DNA of 20,000 nt from the NCBI GenBank assembly GCA_049999805.1, contig JBNGIO010005803.1, forward strand, positions 131,897 to 151,896. The letters are read 5' to 3'. The translations under genes and the position numbers were made by a program. The stretch's first letter is position 1. Each line of letters starts with the position of its first letter. Positions 10,361-20,000 of the stretch are shown piece by piece. The notes below the pieces were generated by a model that saw only the letters and a program-made list of their open reading frames with translations, ran no database searches and was not told where the DNA came from. The DNA is from Folioceros fuciformis (taxonomy: Eukaryota).

Positions 10361-10627
10361 TGTGTGGCCATATCAATTATAAACGGGCCTCCATGAAAGG
10401 GTTGGTCTCCATAAAATTGGGGGATCAAGGCTTAGGATTGAGCTTTTCAACAACAAATTTTATTCCCACTTGCGAGAATTGGAATAGAGCTTTGTGTGGC
10501 CATATCAATTATAAACGGGCCTCCATGAAAAGGTTGGTCTCCAGAAAATTGGGGGATCAAGGCTTAAGATTGAGCTTTTCAACAACAAATTTTATTCCCA
10601 CTTGCGAGAATTGGAACAGAGCTTTGT
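10361..10627. repeat. Near-identical tandem duplication, 132-bp unit x2
   Basis: TGTGTGGCCATATCAATTATAAACGGGCC... starts at 10361 and 10493, with only a few substitutions. Confidence 0.95.
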
Positions 10628-10649
10628 ACGTGATCTAAATGACACCTTG

Positions 10650-10722
10650 AATTGGTGACTCTCAACAAATTGGTGACCCTCAACAAATTGGTGATTCTGA
10701 AGCAAATTGATGACCCTCAACA
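10650..10722. repeat. Tandem repeat, 18-bp unit x4
   Basis: AATTGGTGACYCTCAACA units at 10650, 10668, 10686 and 10705; one more isolated copy near 10804. Confidence 0.85.
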
Positions 10723-10859
10723 AAAGAACCTTCTCATTTTGTCCACCTATTTTGTAAACATGGCTTTAGATGAAGATATTGCTCATACAATTGACCATTC
10801 ACAAATTGGTGACTCTCATAATGCATTCGGTATTTCTCTTCATGCTTTGCATAATAATT

Positions 10860-11088
10860 AAGTTACCTCACAGGGAAGTTCTTGCACTTTCTCTAGCTTA
10901 CTTGTCCAATTTCAAGAAATTCAATAATTAGGTTATGAAGTTACCTCGCAGGAAGTTCTTGCACTTTTTCTAACTTACTTGTCCAATTTCAAGAAATTCA
11001 ATAATTAAGTTATGAAGTTATCTCGTAGGGAAGTTCTTGCACTCTTTCTAACTTTCTTGTCCAATTTCAAGAAATTTAAGAATTAGGT
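10860..11088. repeat. Tandem repeat, 77-78-bp unit x3
   Basis: AAGTTAYCTC...GGAAGTTCTTGCACT...CTTGTCCAATTTCAAGAAATT units at 10860, 10938 and 11015. Confidence 0.93.
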
Positions 11089-11885
11089 TTTGCAAGAATT
11101 TGGAAACACCCAACCACCTGTGAGTGTATTTCGGCCCTGAAGTCCACATCTAAGATTGCCAGTGGCCTTCGAGGAGGTTGGCCTTTCAACCATAAACACC
11201 TTTGCCCTAGCTACCTTCCTTTTTGGTTGGGTACTCTCGGCTCCAATTTTAGCCTCTCAATTTCTTCTCCAAGATTCCCCTCTTTTGGAGGACTTCATCT
11301 TGGGTTTGAAGAGGAGGGCTCTTCCTTTACAAGAATCTCTCAAGCAAATGAGAGACTTTTTACTATTGACGGCTTGAGAGGCCTTACTTTCTTTCACCTC
11401 GTTCCCTAGGGAAGAGTTGATGGTCTTTAGGCCTCCCTCGTAGAAAAGAAATCCGCCGCGCAAGTGCTGAAAGCACTTTACTTGAGCTTATCCATCCCAG
11501 GTCTTCTCGGGCTCATGCTCGCTCTTATTCTAGTAAAGGAGTGGGCTCTTGGCTTTTGGCTCAACTTTGCACTTAAGCTTTTTGAATTGCATCACCACCT
11601 TTCACAACTATAATGAGATTTCACCTTGGTTTGGCTCACGTGGTTTTTTCTCTCTACATGAAATTGTGAGGTTTTTGTTGTTGAAATTGTGAGGTTTCTA
11701 TTGTTGACTCAGGGTCCTATGAATGGCGTATTGTTCCATAAGGGAGGCACCCAAGTGTCACTCATGATCTAGTGGAATGTTATTTCCAATAGCTAGAGAG
11801 TGTGGTTTTCTTCTACACAAGGAGTGTTCAAATGCTTTGCCCAGTGGGGTTTGGCTCTGAGCTGACCGTTTTTTAACAAGGGTAC

Positions 11886-12108
11886 ATGGGGCACATGTTT
11901 ATATCGTTAATGTGGTTGTCATGGATCCCACTAGAAATTTGGTTTGTGAGCACATCATCAGCAACAAATTTCTAATTCTAATTGCCCACACCAATCGTCT
12001 GCCATATGGGGCACATTTTTATATGGTTAATGTGGTTGTCGCAAATCCCAATAGAAATTGGGTTTGTGAGCAAGTCATCATCAACAAATTTCTAATTGCC
12101 CACACACC
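11886..12108. repeat. Diverged tandem duplication, 120-bp period x2
   Basis: ATGGGGCACAT.TTTATAT.GTTAATGTGGTTGTC...TAGAAATT.GGTTTGTGAGCA...CAACAAATTTCTAATT at 11886 and 12006. Confidence 0.88.
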
Positions 12109-13127
12109 AATAGTGTGCGATATGGTACTTTCCATCTCGGCTAGGAACGCCTTGTGGTCGCCATAGCTACTAGCCATTGCACATGACTGCAATTTTAAAA
12201 CACAAAAGCTCAGGGTGAGCTCACACGTGGTTTTTTGTGGCACCAACGTCATGATATCACCCACCCACCACGCTCTCCTTCACGAAGTAGAACTTGGAGC
12301 TGGCGTTTGTGGTCTCCATAACAACTCCAATGTCCGAGTTTCACATCTCGTTTCAATTTGGCTCCCTCACTTGGGCAAACTATGCTGATCACTACTTCAC
12401 CTAGCCCATTAGTGTGTTTCATAACTCTACCGGTTTTTATTGAGGGCTCGCACGGGACTCAATCTTTGAGCTTTCTCTTGAATTATCTGCAAAGCAACAA
12501 AGAATTGGAAGAGGCTCATGAAGCCAATACTCAGTCCATTCAAAGGCTGGGAAGAATATGAAGGTAAGCATAGGCAAGGAGACAAAGCTATGTCCCGTAC
12601 TGCTTGACTAAGATATGGCGTTCTATTATGGCGCATGTTATATGCGTGGTAGCTCCAATGAAACCAACCACACAACTTACGGGATGCTGATCCTTAACAT
12701 ACTGGCACAATACATATGGAGCTTATCCACGAGAGGGATGGTGCTTAGCCGCCATTTTGTACGGGATGGGGTTCGTGGTCGGTTCTTATGAGAGTTTAGG
12801 GTACATGCTTCCTGTTAGTGAGATACCGTACATATACGACCTAGAGGCGTAGAACGGATAACCGTAGGTGCTAGTGGTGGACGGCCCACCGTTCTTCACC
12901 GTGCGGTGGAGTGGAGCGAACCTGGGGTAACGTGGATGATGACGACGGCAACGGCAGCACCACAAAGCAACATTCCGGAAACACGGCACGCACAGCCGAC
13001 GGCATTGCAATTGCTGTGTGTGGACAACCGTGGAACATTTTCACGACGAGAGTCTGGAACTCTGTGCATCTCCGGCAGGCTGTTGGTTGCGGTGATTTGA
13101 TCGCAGGCTGTGTTCTGTGTCCGGGAA

Positions 13128-14413
13128 ATGGCGCTGCTAGTGGGAGAGCTACAAGGATGCATGCGGTTAGGGATCGCGAGCGCCAACTGCAGTTCCCGGG
13201 GGCCTTGTAGCAGCGCAGATAGTGCGCCCCGGCAGAGATTTTGGTGCAGACCGGGGCACCTGCAGTGGGGGATTGCAACCAGGAGGCTCTTTCAGGAAGG
13301 AGGAGCGGAATTGCGTAGGGCAGAGGGAAGGCGGAGGGTTGGCGGATTGCTTTTGCAGGAGGAGAGGGTAGGGTGCTCGGTGCGGTCGAGCGCGACGCAT
13401 GATACTGCCGCGCAGCCCGCGGGATTGAAGGCAGGCAGGTATCCTGGAGAGAAGAAAGGGTTTGTGGAGGAGATGCGATTTGTGGCTATGAAGCTGCATA
13501 CGAAGGACCAGGCCAAGGAAGGGGAGCAGGAGGCGCAGACGCCGGTGGCCAAGTGGGTGCCGACGGTGGATGGTTACATTCAGTTTTTGGTGGACAGCAA
13601 GAAGGTGTACGATACCTTGGAAAAGATTGTTGAGGAGGCCGCTGACCCATCATGTAGGATACTTTTTTGTCTTGCGGGTTGATGTTGAGAAAGGTGTGGA
13701 GGCATGTGTACTGTCATGGTGGATGAGGTGTTAGATTGTTGTTGGCATGCTGGTTTCTGAGGGCCAGGAGGTCTGTTGTTTGCTTGAAGATGCTGTGTTT
13801 AGGAACACAGGATTGGAAAGATCAGCAGCTTTGGCACAGGATTTGGAGTGGTTCAGGAGTGAAGGTCATGACATCCCTGAGCCTGGCCCTGCAGGAAGGG
13901 ATTATGCTGATTACTTGCTCACTCTGGCTAAGGACGACCCGCCCGCGTTCATTTGCCACTACTACAATGTGTACTTCGCCCATACTGCTGGGGGCCGTTT
14001 TATTGGGAAAAAGGTACGTCACGGCCTGGCACGGAGAACCACCCTACACTGCCCTGCCATCTGCTGGGGGCAACAGCGGTATTTAACGATGCGTGCTGTG
14101 CTGTGCTACAGGTAGCGGACGATCTTCTGGACGGACGAACGTTGGAATTTTACAAGTGGGATGGAGATGTGAAGGAGCACTTGGCAGCTGTGAAGGAAAA
14201 GCTGAACAAGGTTGCTGAGGTAGGCGGCAGGGGTACTTACTCTCGTGTACGTTTTATTGAAAAAGCCTGCCCAAAGCGCACATGCTGATCGTGAACTCTT
14301 GTGGCGGTCAACAGGAATGGTCTAGAACAGCCAAGAACCATTGTTTGGAGGAGACTGAGTTGTCGTTCTCGTACTCAGGAAAGTTGTTGCGTCTGATAGC
14401 AACAGCGCAGTAA
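13128..14413 (+). CDS. HO1: Plastid heme oxygenase 1 (HY1-like; phytochromobilin synthesis), 318 aa, 4 exons
   Basis: Exons 13128-13653, 13790-14013, 14112-14219 and 14315-14413, all with GT-AG introns (136, 98, 95 bp), join in frame. The product has a transit-peptide-like N-terminus, then RYPGEKKGFVEEMRFVAMKLHTKDQAKEGE, FLVDSKKVYDTLE, FRNTGLER, AFICHYYNVYFAHTAGGRFIGKK, LEFYKWDG and KNHCLEETELSFSYSG, all characteristic of plant HO1 with the heme-ligand His retained. Confidence 0.96.
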
Positions 14414-14927
14414 CTGGACGGACTGCCCCATCCCAGGAGCGATCCGTGGCGGTGACTTCAGCCACCTAACATGGTCGTCTCTGGCTCTGCTTCCGGGATC
14501 TTCACCCGCAGAAATAGCCGTCTGCTGATGGCCGCTCCGCTCTGTAAATTATTGGTTGATCTCCACTCCAACTTAAAGTCTCTGATGGCTTTACGATCGT
14601 ACATACGCGATACCTTCTTTTGGCACACTCCAAAATGGCAACGAACTTTGTTTGAATCTGGGGACAATGAACTTCTGCTGTGGGGCCAACCAACTTTTCA
14701 TTTCTAGTTAACGTATTTTCCCTGGTGACCAGGAACTGCATCCGTCGTATTTAATTTTATGATGGTTGCGTGCTAACAAGTCACAATAAAAAAAACCATC
14801 AATGTTCATTTGGCCCTGTCATGGAACGATGAGAAAACGCTATAATTAATACTTGCAATTACAAGCGAGCAGGAAGAATAGTTAGAATACTAACAACAAT
14901 AAAGGCATTGATGAAATGATGGCTAAC

Positions 14928-15536
14928 CGTCACGATCCCGTCAACAGTCGTTAAGAGCAGACCCTTAGGATGAAGGAAGGGGACATTAGCAAGACAAGGC
15001 GGATTGCCAGATGTCTACTTAGGATGTGGTAGCTAGACGGATCCCAAGGGGCATCCTGATTGTCATGAAACACTGATTCTCTAGGAGTGCAAGGAGCCTT
15101 AATACATTAGGCAATCCGCCTTCTGCACCAAATACCAGAGGAGAACATAGTGAAATCGAGACGAGGGAGCCTAAAAGAAGTCAAATGCAAGGGCGTCTTG
15201 AGTGACACCTTGCAAAGGAGACACAAGTGGACTTTGAGTGACTGAATGAAGCAATGACAGATAACTCACTGTTGCGCTTTGTTGGCAAGACAAACTTGAC
15301 GATCTGCCAGTGCATTGGAGGTGGCGCTATAAGAATTTTGGCAACGACTGTGGATGAAAGTCATCTTGTCATGGCTAGCAGATTGGACAAGAGAGGGAAC
15401 AAACATTGATTTTGACAGCATGCCATATATAGTGTCATGTAGAGGATGAGATTAGAGGAGATGGTGTTTTTACGATCAGGCTGGACCAACGAAAGCACCC
15501 CTGAAGCTGGCACCTGTGCTCTGAGTTCACCACACA
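14928..15536 (+). repeat. Candidate 5' LTR
   Basis: Composition changes after the AT-rich HO1 3' region. Begins CGTCACGA (one base from the common TGTCACG LTR start), has a TATA-like CATATATAG near 15424 and a possible ...CACA end at 15536. The second LTR is outside the window and no PBS was recognised. Confidence 0.3.
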
Positions 15537-15613
15537 TTGTGATTCGTGGATCGCAAGTTGAGCGTGAGTGGAGTCAAAGCCCAGCAAGGGCATTGAGCTT
15601 TGAGTAAAGATTT

Positions 15614-17100
15614 ATGAGTAGGATCGATGCTAGAGGAGAGAGATCAAGAAGACGATAATTATATTAACGCGCACGCTCCTCTTAAATGAGGGAGGTGGCG
15701 GTTGGCCGCGTCCCATCGCCGGGACGGCGGTTGGTGTTTTAGGACACGACGTTTAGGTCGTGCCCGTTTACATGTGTTTACGTCGTATGACGTTTGACGA
15801 TTCGTTTATTTAACTATTATCTATTTAATATTAGCCTATAATTCAACCTTAAATTCTATATTGAGAAGCCAGAGCAAGTAGAGCTAGGAATGGAGCATGA
15901 GCCGATGCCCAGCAAAAATGATGTGTTTACTGGTAGGCATGGCAGCATGTCACTTGCTGATTTTGAAGAAAAATTCAGATGGGCGTTGGACGAAATGGTG
16001 CTGAAGTACAAGACCAAGTTCACCCCAGAGATGGCGTTGAGGAAGATGAGCACCTTCCTGGCTGGGGAGGCCTTGACGTGTTATCGCGACTACAAGGAGA
16101 AAATCATAGAGGAGTCACATGCTTTGACACGCGGGGGTAGGATGAAAGGAAGTCTGAAGGAGGACGGGATCATGGGTGGAGCATCAGCCTCAGCGGAAAC
16201 AGTCACATGTTTGGTCAATGACATATTTCAAAAGTTCGCTGAGATGTTTTCAATGTCACCCATTGAGAAGATCCAAGAACTTGCAAAATTTTTCATTAAG
16301 CCCAATGAACCATTGAGATTGGCTTACCTGAGATTACAACAATTGGTGAAGGGCACCAAGGTGAAGACCATGAGAGAAGCCGCTCAAATTTATATAGCGG
16401 CGTTGCCTGGGAGGCAGAGGAGAGTCATAGCTAACTTCTTACACATATTGCATGGTGCTGAATATGAGCTAGATCAAGCATACGAGATGGCAGAAAGGGT
16501 AATGAAGGCGATGTTGTCACTAACGTCTATTGGGAGGAGCATCATGTGCTGCGAACATCGTTGCATGCTCAGGTGAAGGGGTAGGGACGGTCTAGTCCAT
16601 GTGAGATGTCTCTAACCAACTCATAGAGAAGAACATATCCAGCAAATGAGAAGAATGCTAATAGTTCAGTAGCAAGCAAGTCAATACTCAAATGTCCCAG
16701 GTGTCGAGGAATGCATTGAGCCATTGACTGCAATTACAGGCAAGACAGGCCAAAGGAAAAGGAAACCTGGAGGGCATGTGGCATGATGGGACACATGGAA
16801 GCAGCATGCTGTCAATCGCATCCCGAACTCAAACCCAAGGGATTGAATGAAAGAAGTATGACCAACGCTGACCCAATCGCCAGTTACTCACGAAGGGCGT
16901 TGCTTGGAGAGGTGCACATGCTGCAGGAACAGCTGCTTGCTATGGGTGTGACTGTGAACAAGAGCATCGAGATGGGTGAGGAAGAATGCGACTCCGGTGA
17001 TGAAATGTGCACACTCATAGCGGAAAAAATGAACTTGACAGGGACAAGTGCGGAGTTTAGAACTGGAGTCAAGGCCAAATCATCGGGCACGCAAATGTAG
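15614..17100 (+). pseudogene. gag: Retrotransposon gag (disrupted) with two zinc knuckles
   Basis: ORF 15890-16576 (FTG...LADFEEKF...FLAGEALTCY...EPLRLAYLRL) is gag-like. After a frameshift come CPRCRGMH*AIDC (16693-16731) and WRACGMMGHMEAAC (16768-16809), both CCHC-type knuckles. An upstream in-frame ATG at 15614 is separated by an insertion. Confidence 0.75.
15655..15843. mobile_element. Small CpG- and hairpin-rich insertion flanked by ATAATT direct repeats
   Basis: ATAATT at 15655-15660 and 15838-15843. The interior is CpG-rich with several stem-loops and an AT-rich right end. Removing 183 bp joins the two gag-frame segments. Confidence 0.5.
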
Positions 17101-17317
17101 CCCGGCATGCCTCAGCCGTTTTGACAACTACAGGAGGAAGCTAAACCAAGCATGGAAGGGAAACAACCATCAGCAAATTGGATGTTTGAAGACATTATGA
17201 GCACACCGGTGATCAGTTTGTGTGATTTGGGAGTCAAAGGTGCGACACTCAAGCGAGTAATACGTACTTGGTCAAAATGGGAGCTGGACAGAACATAAGC
17301 TGTCGCAAGAATGCAAG

Positions 17318-18112
17318 GTGATCAAGGTGTTACAAGGTGATCATTTGAAGCCAGAAGCTAGGGGTAGAGGGGGCGTTGCCTTGGTAAGAAACCAAGGAAG
17401 AGAAATCACACTCAATGGTTTCGCTCCAGAAAATGTGTTGATTGACAGTGGGGCTGATCCAGTCATCCTAGGAGCTAGAGTGCAACGGGCACTGCAGTTG
17501 TTTGGAGAAAAGCTCGAAGCTAGCAATGTCAGGATCATGACTTCTGCAAGCACTGAGGAACAAGTACTAGGCATGACAAGGGAACCAATAAGCATCGAGT
17601 TCAAGCCAGGAACGAATGAAACGTGCATCGTCCGCGTGCAATGTTTGGTGTCAACAGCCATGAACTATGACATATTGTTGGGAGCGGACACCACTCATGG
17701 GCCAACCATGGGCGTGGACCTATTACATTCTATCGCATTCTACCGACCCGGATGGCAACAAGAGGATTTTATACAGGTGGCTAGCATACCTTTGGAGATG
17801 GCGAGGAATAGTGACAAACAAAAATGCGCACTGACCAGCATTTCCTATGCTACTCAAATCCCACATAGGGGGGAGTTATTGGTGGAGACGCTGGACCTCA
17901 TGAGCGAAGAAGTGGGAAATGAGCAAGAAGGACAGGTGGTTCTCGAAATTCAGGAGATGCCCGTGCTGCAAAGCAATTTAAATGTAGAGCGACAGCGGCA
18001 AGAGAAACGAATGGATGGTAGTCCAAGCAGTACATGTCCGGAAATTTGCTTGCCAAAGTCCAAGGAATTGAGGAGTGAAGAAGTGCTGATAAAAAACGAG
18101 GTCATAGCCTAG
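17318..18112 (+). pseudogene. Retrotransposon aspartic protease region of pol
   Basis: VLIDSGADPVILG (catalytic D at 17444) and the downstream YDILLGAD motif typical of retropepsins. Confidence 0.85.
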
Positions 18113-19046
18113 GCACCAATGGGTAAAGGAATACACCTAATGGAGTTACGCTCTGGAATCAGCAGTGGGCTGGACGTGGTATTGCGGTGTGGAATTCCGG
18201 TTAGAAAATATACATGTGTAGAAAGGGATGACTGAGCACGTGCAGTGGCCAAGGTACGCATAGTTGGTCTATGAAAAGAGTAGCTTGCTTGGCGAAGGGG
18301 CTATAAAAGGATGTATGAGCCGTCTTGCACAGGACATACAAATGGTCAGGAGACAGCAGTTGATGGCAATTGGATCACCAGTGGACATGTTACTAGTGGG
18401 ATGGGAGTGCAAATCCTTCTCCAAAGCGGGTCGCGGAAGTGGAGAAGGGCTAGATCAGGCAAGAGAAGTAATATGAATCCTTAAAGAGGTATAGCGGATG
18501 AACCCTTCACGCTGGTACATACTAGAGAATGTCTGTGGGGCCTTTGATCGACAAGAACGAGTAAGAAAGGATTATTCTCAGTTGCGAAAATGGCTTGGGA
18601 ATGAATTCATCATCGACGCAGTGCAGACGGGTTCATATGCACACCGCATTTGCAGCTTTTGGACGAACATCACTAGTGTGGAGACCTTGAGGCACCAGAG
18701 GAGGGCCACTCGACCGCCTGCGCAGCTCGTGGATGAAATTCTAGAAGAAGGCCGAAAGGCGCAAGAGGTAAAAAGGGGAGACAACCCTCCCAACTTTCTA
18801 GTCAATGTGGTAGGGGAACCAAGGAGGGCGTGGCCCACACTTTTTAGCAAACCACAATCCTATGCATTCAGGCATAACGGTGATGGGATGGTACTCAACC
18901 AAAAAAATGAGGAAGTCCGGGAGCTGTTGGTCATGGAACGGGAACGTGCAATGGCCTTCAGGACGGGCACGACTGCAACCCAAGGCATCACGGAAGCGTA
19001 CAGATGCAAGTTGGTGGGACAAGCGTATGACCTATGGTGTTTATGA
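18113..19046 (+). pseudogene. DNMT3-like C5-cytosine DNA methyltransferase domain embedded in retrotransposon pol (disrupted)
   Basis: Motif I IHLMELRSGISSGL (18131-18172); motif II YTCVERD; motif III/IV DI...VDMLLVGWECKSFSKAG (Cys 18408); motif VI YILENV (E 18525); motif VIII DAVQTGSYAHRICSFWTN; motif IX ERERAMAFRTGTT; motif X RCKLVGQAYDL. Stops at 18233, 18272, 18474 and 18492, and one frameshift near 18280. Confidence 0.9.
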
Positions 19047-19349
19047 TGGTTGATTTGGGTGGATATTGCCACGCAATTGATGAACTGTGTGCCAAGAGGA
19101 ATAAGAGGTTTACGGGTCACCAGAGATGACAAAAGGAAGCTTGTAGGACCACCGGGGGAGTTTCCACAAGGTGCTTGTGGAGTAGAAATCAATTCACCCA
19201 AAAGAGGGACGATGGATAGGCATGTTTGGCAAATCTGTCAAGAGTTACAAGAGGAGGATCAGCAAAGGATCCGAGTGATGTTAGAAGAGAACCGACAGGC
19301 CTTTGCATTTAGTTGGGAGGAGTTCGGCAGATATGATAAGATTAAGTTC

Positions 19350-19974
19350 AAAATCCTGACCAGCACCGATGAACCCGTAGATAGGTGAAGGCCTTGCCTT
19401 AGCCCCATGGAATGAGATATTGTCGATTAGTGTTATAAAGAGTTGGCAGTTGCAGGGCTTATTCAGAAATCCAAGTCCCAATACGCTGCTGCAATAGTTT
19501 TACCAATGAAGAAGGATGAAAATGGTGAGTGCACTAACAGACGCATGTGTGGAGACTATTGGGGACTATTGGGCACTGAATGATGTGACTCCCATGGAGA
19601 GATACCCTATGCCCACACCATATGAGATTTTTGATGCCATCGGAGAAGCTACTTATTTCACCATGCTTGATTTTCGATTTGGATTCAATCATATAGTCAT
19701 TGAGGAGAGTCACAAATGCAAAACCGCATTTTGGGGGAAAGATCAACTGTGGGAATGGGAGACAACGCCGTTCAGATTAACGAATGCATCGATATACTTT
19801 CAAAGGGTAGCTGACATGGAGCTGCAAGGTCTACCATTCGTCAGATGCTACATTGATGACGTATTGGTGTTCAACAACACTTTGAAAGAACATCTGGAGC
19901 ATCTGAGGATCCTGCTACAAAGACTGGCAGAGTCAGGATCAAAGGTACATGTGAACCTCCAAAGTTTGGGGTAG
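19350..19974 (+). pseudogene. Ty3/Gypsy reverse transcriptase (disrupted, partial)
   Basis: ELAVAGLIQKSKSQYAAAIVLPMKKD...RMCGDYW, then a 10-bp duplication frameshift, then ALNDVTPMERYPMP...YFTMLD..GF...KTAFWG...FQRVAD...RCYIDDVLVF (YIDD 19849-19860). Confidence 0.93.
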
Positions 19975-20000
19975 TAGTTTGTTTTGGTTGAAAAAGGGTT

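Larger units (their letters stand above)
14928..20000 (+). mobile_element. Decayed Ty3/Gypsy LTR retrotransposon (gag - PR - DNMT - RT), 3'-partial
   Basis: Gag with zinc knuckles, a DSG aspartic protease and a Gypsy-type RT (YPMP, KTAF, FQR, YIDD), with no integrase between PR and RT (Gypsy rather than Copia order). Many stops and frameshifts. The 5' boundary is tentative. Confidence 0.88.

Noticed and set aside
11156-11600. Lys-rich coding-like stretch on the minus strand
   Set aside because: Short interrupted frames with no recognisable motif; it cannot be assigned.
6540-12876. CACTA element bounded by CACTA (6540) and TAGTG (12872-12876)
   Set aside because: The flanking trinucleotides differ (ACG vs GTG), the TIR match does not extend, and the internal transposase is MULE-type.
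18113-19046. Independent host DNMT3/DRM gene or bacterial contaminant methylase
   Set aside because: It is intronless, in frame with flanking protease and RT sequence, and decayed like the rest of the element. The motif order is not permuted as in DRM.
14928-20000. DIRS or Copia classification of the retroelement
   Set aside because: It has an aspartic protease (absent from DIRS), no integrase before RT (unlike Copia), and Gypsy-type RT motifs. Integrase and the 3' LTR lie outside the window, so the classification is unconfirmed.

Overview
Eukaryotic land-plant nuclear DNA. A hornwort or other seed-free plant is inferred from 95-136 bp introns, tight gene packing and the PPR C-terminal signature. 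From left to right: (1) two head-to-head, intronless PLS-class PPR paralogs (organellar RNA-editing factor family); the minus-strand one (start 2633) runs off the window and is missing from the ORF track. (2) A ~6 kb AT-richer block with a decayed MULE/SWIM transposase on the minus strand and several short tandem repeats. (3) An intact 4-exon heme oxygenase gene (HY1/HO1 type). (4) A decayed Ty3/Gypsy LTR retrotransposon running off the right edge. Its pol carries a DNMT3-like C5-cytosine DNA methyltransferase domain (motifs I, IV, VI, VIII, IX, X) between the aspartic protease and the reverse transcriptase, in frame with both. This methyltransferase-carrying retrotransposon is the most notable feature.
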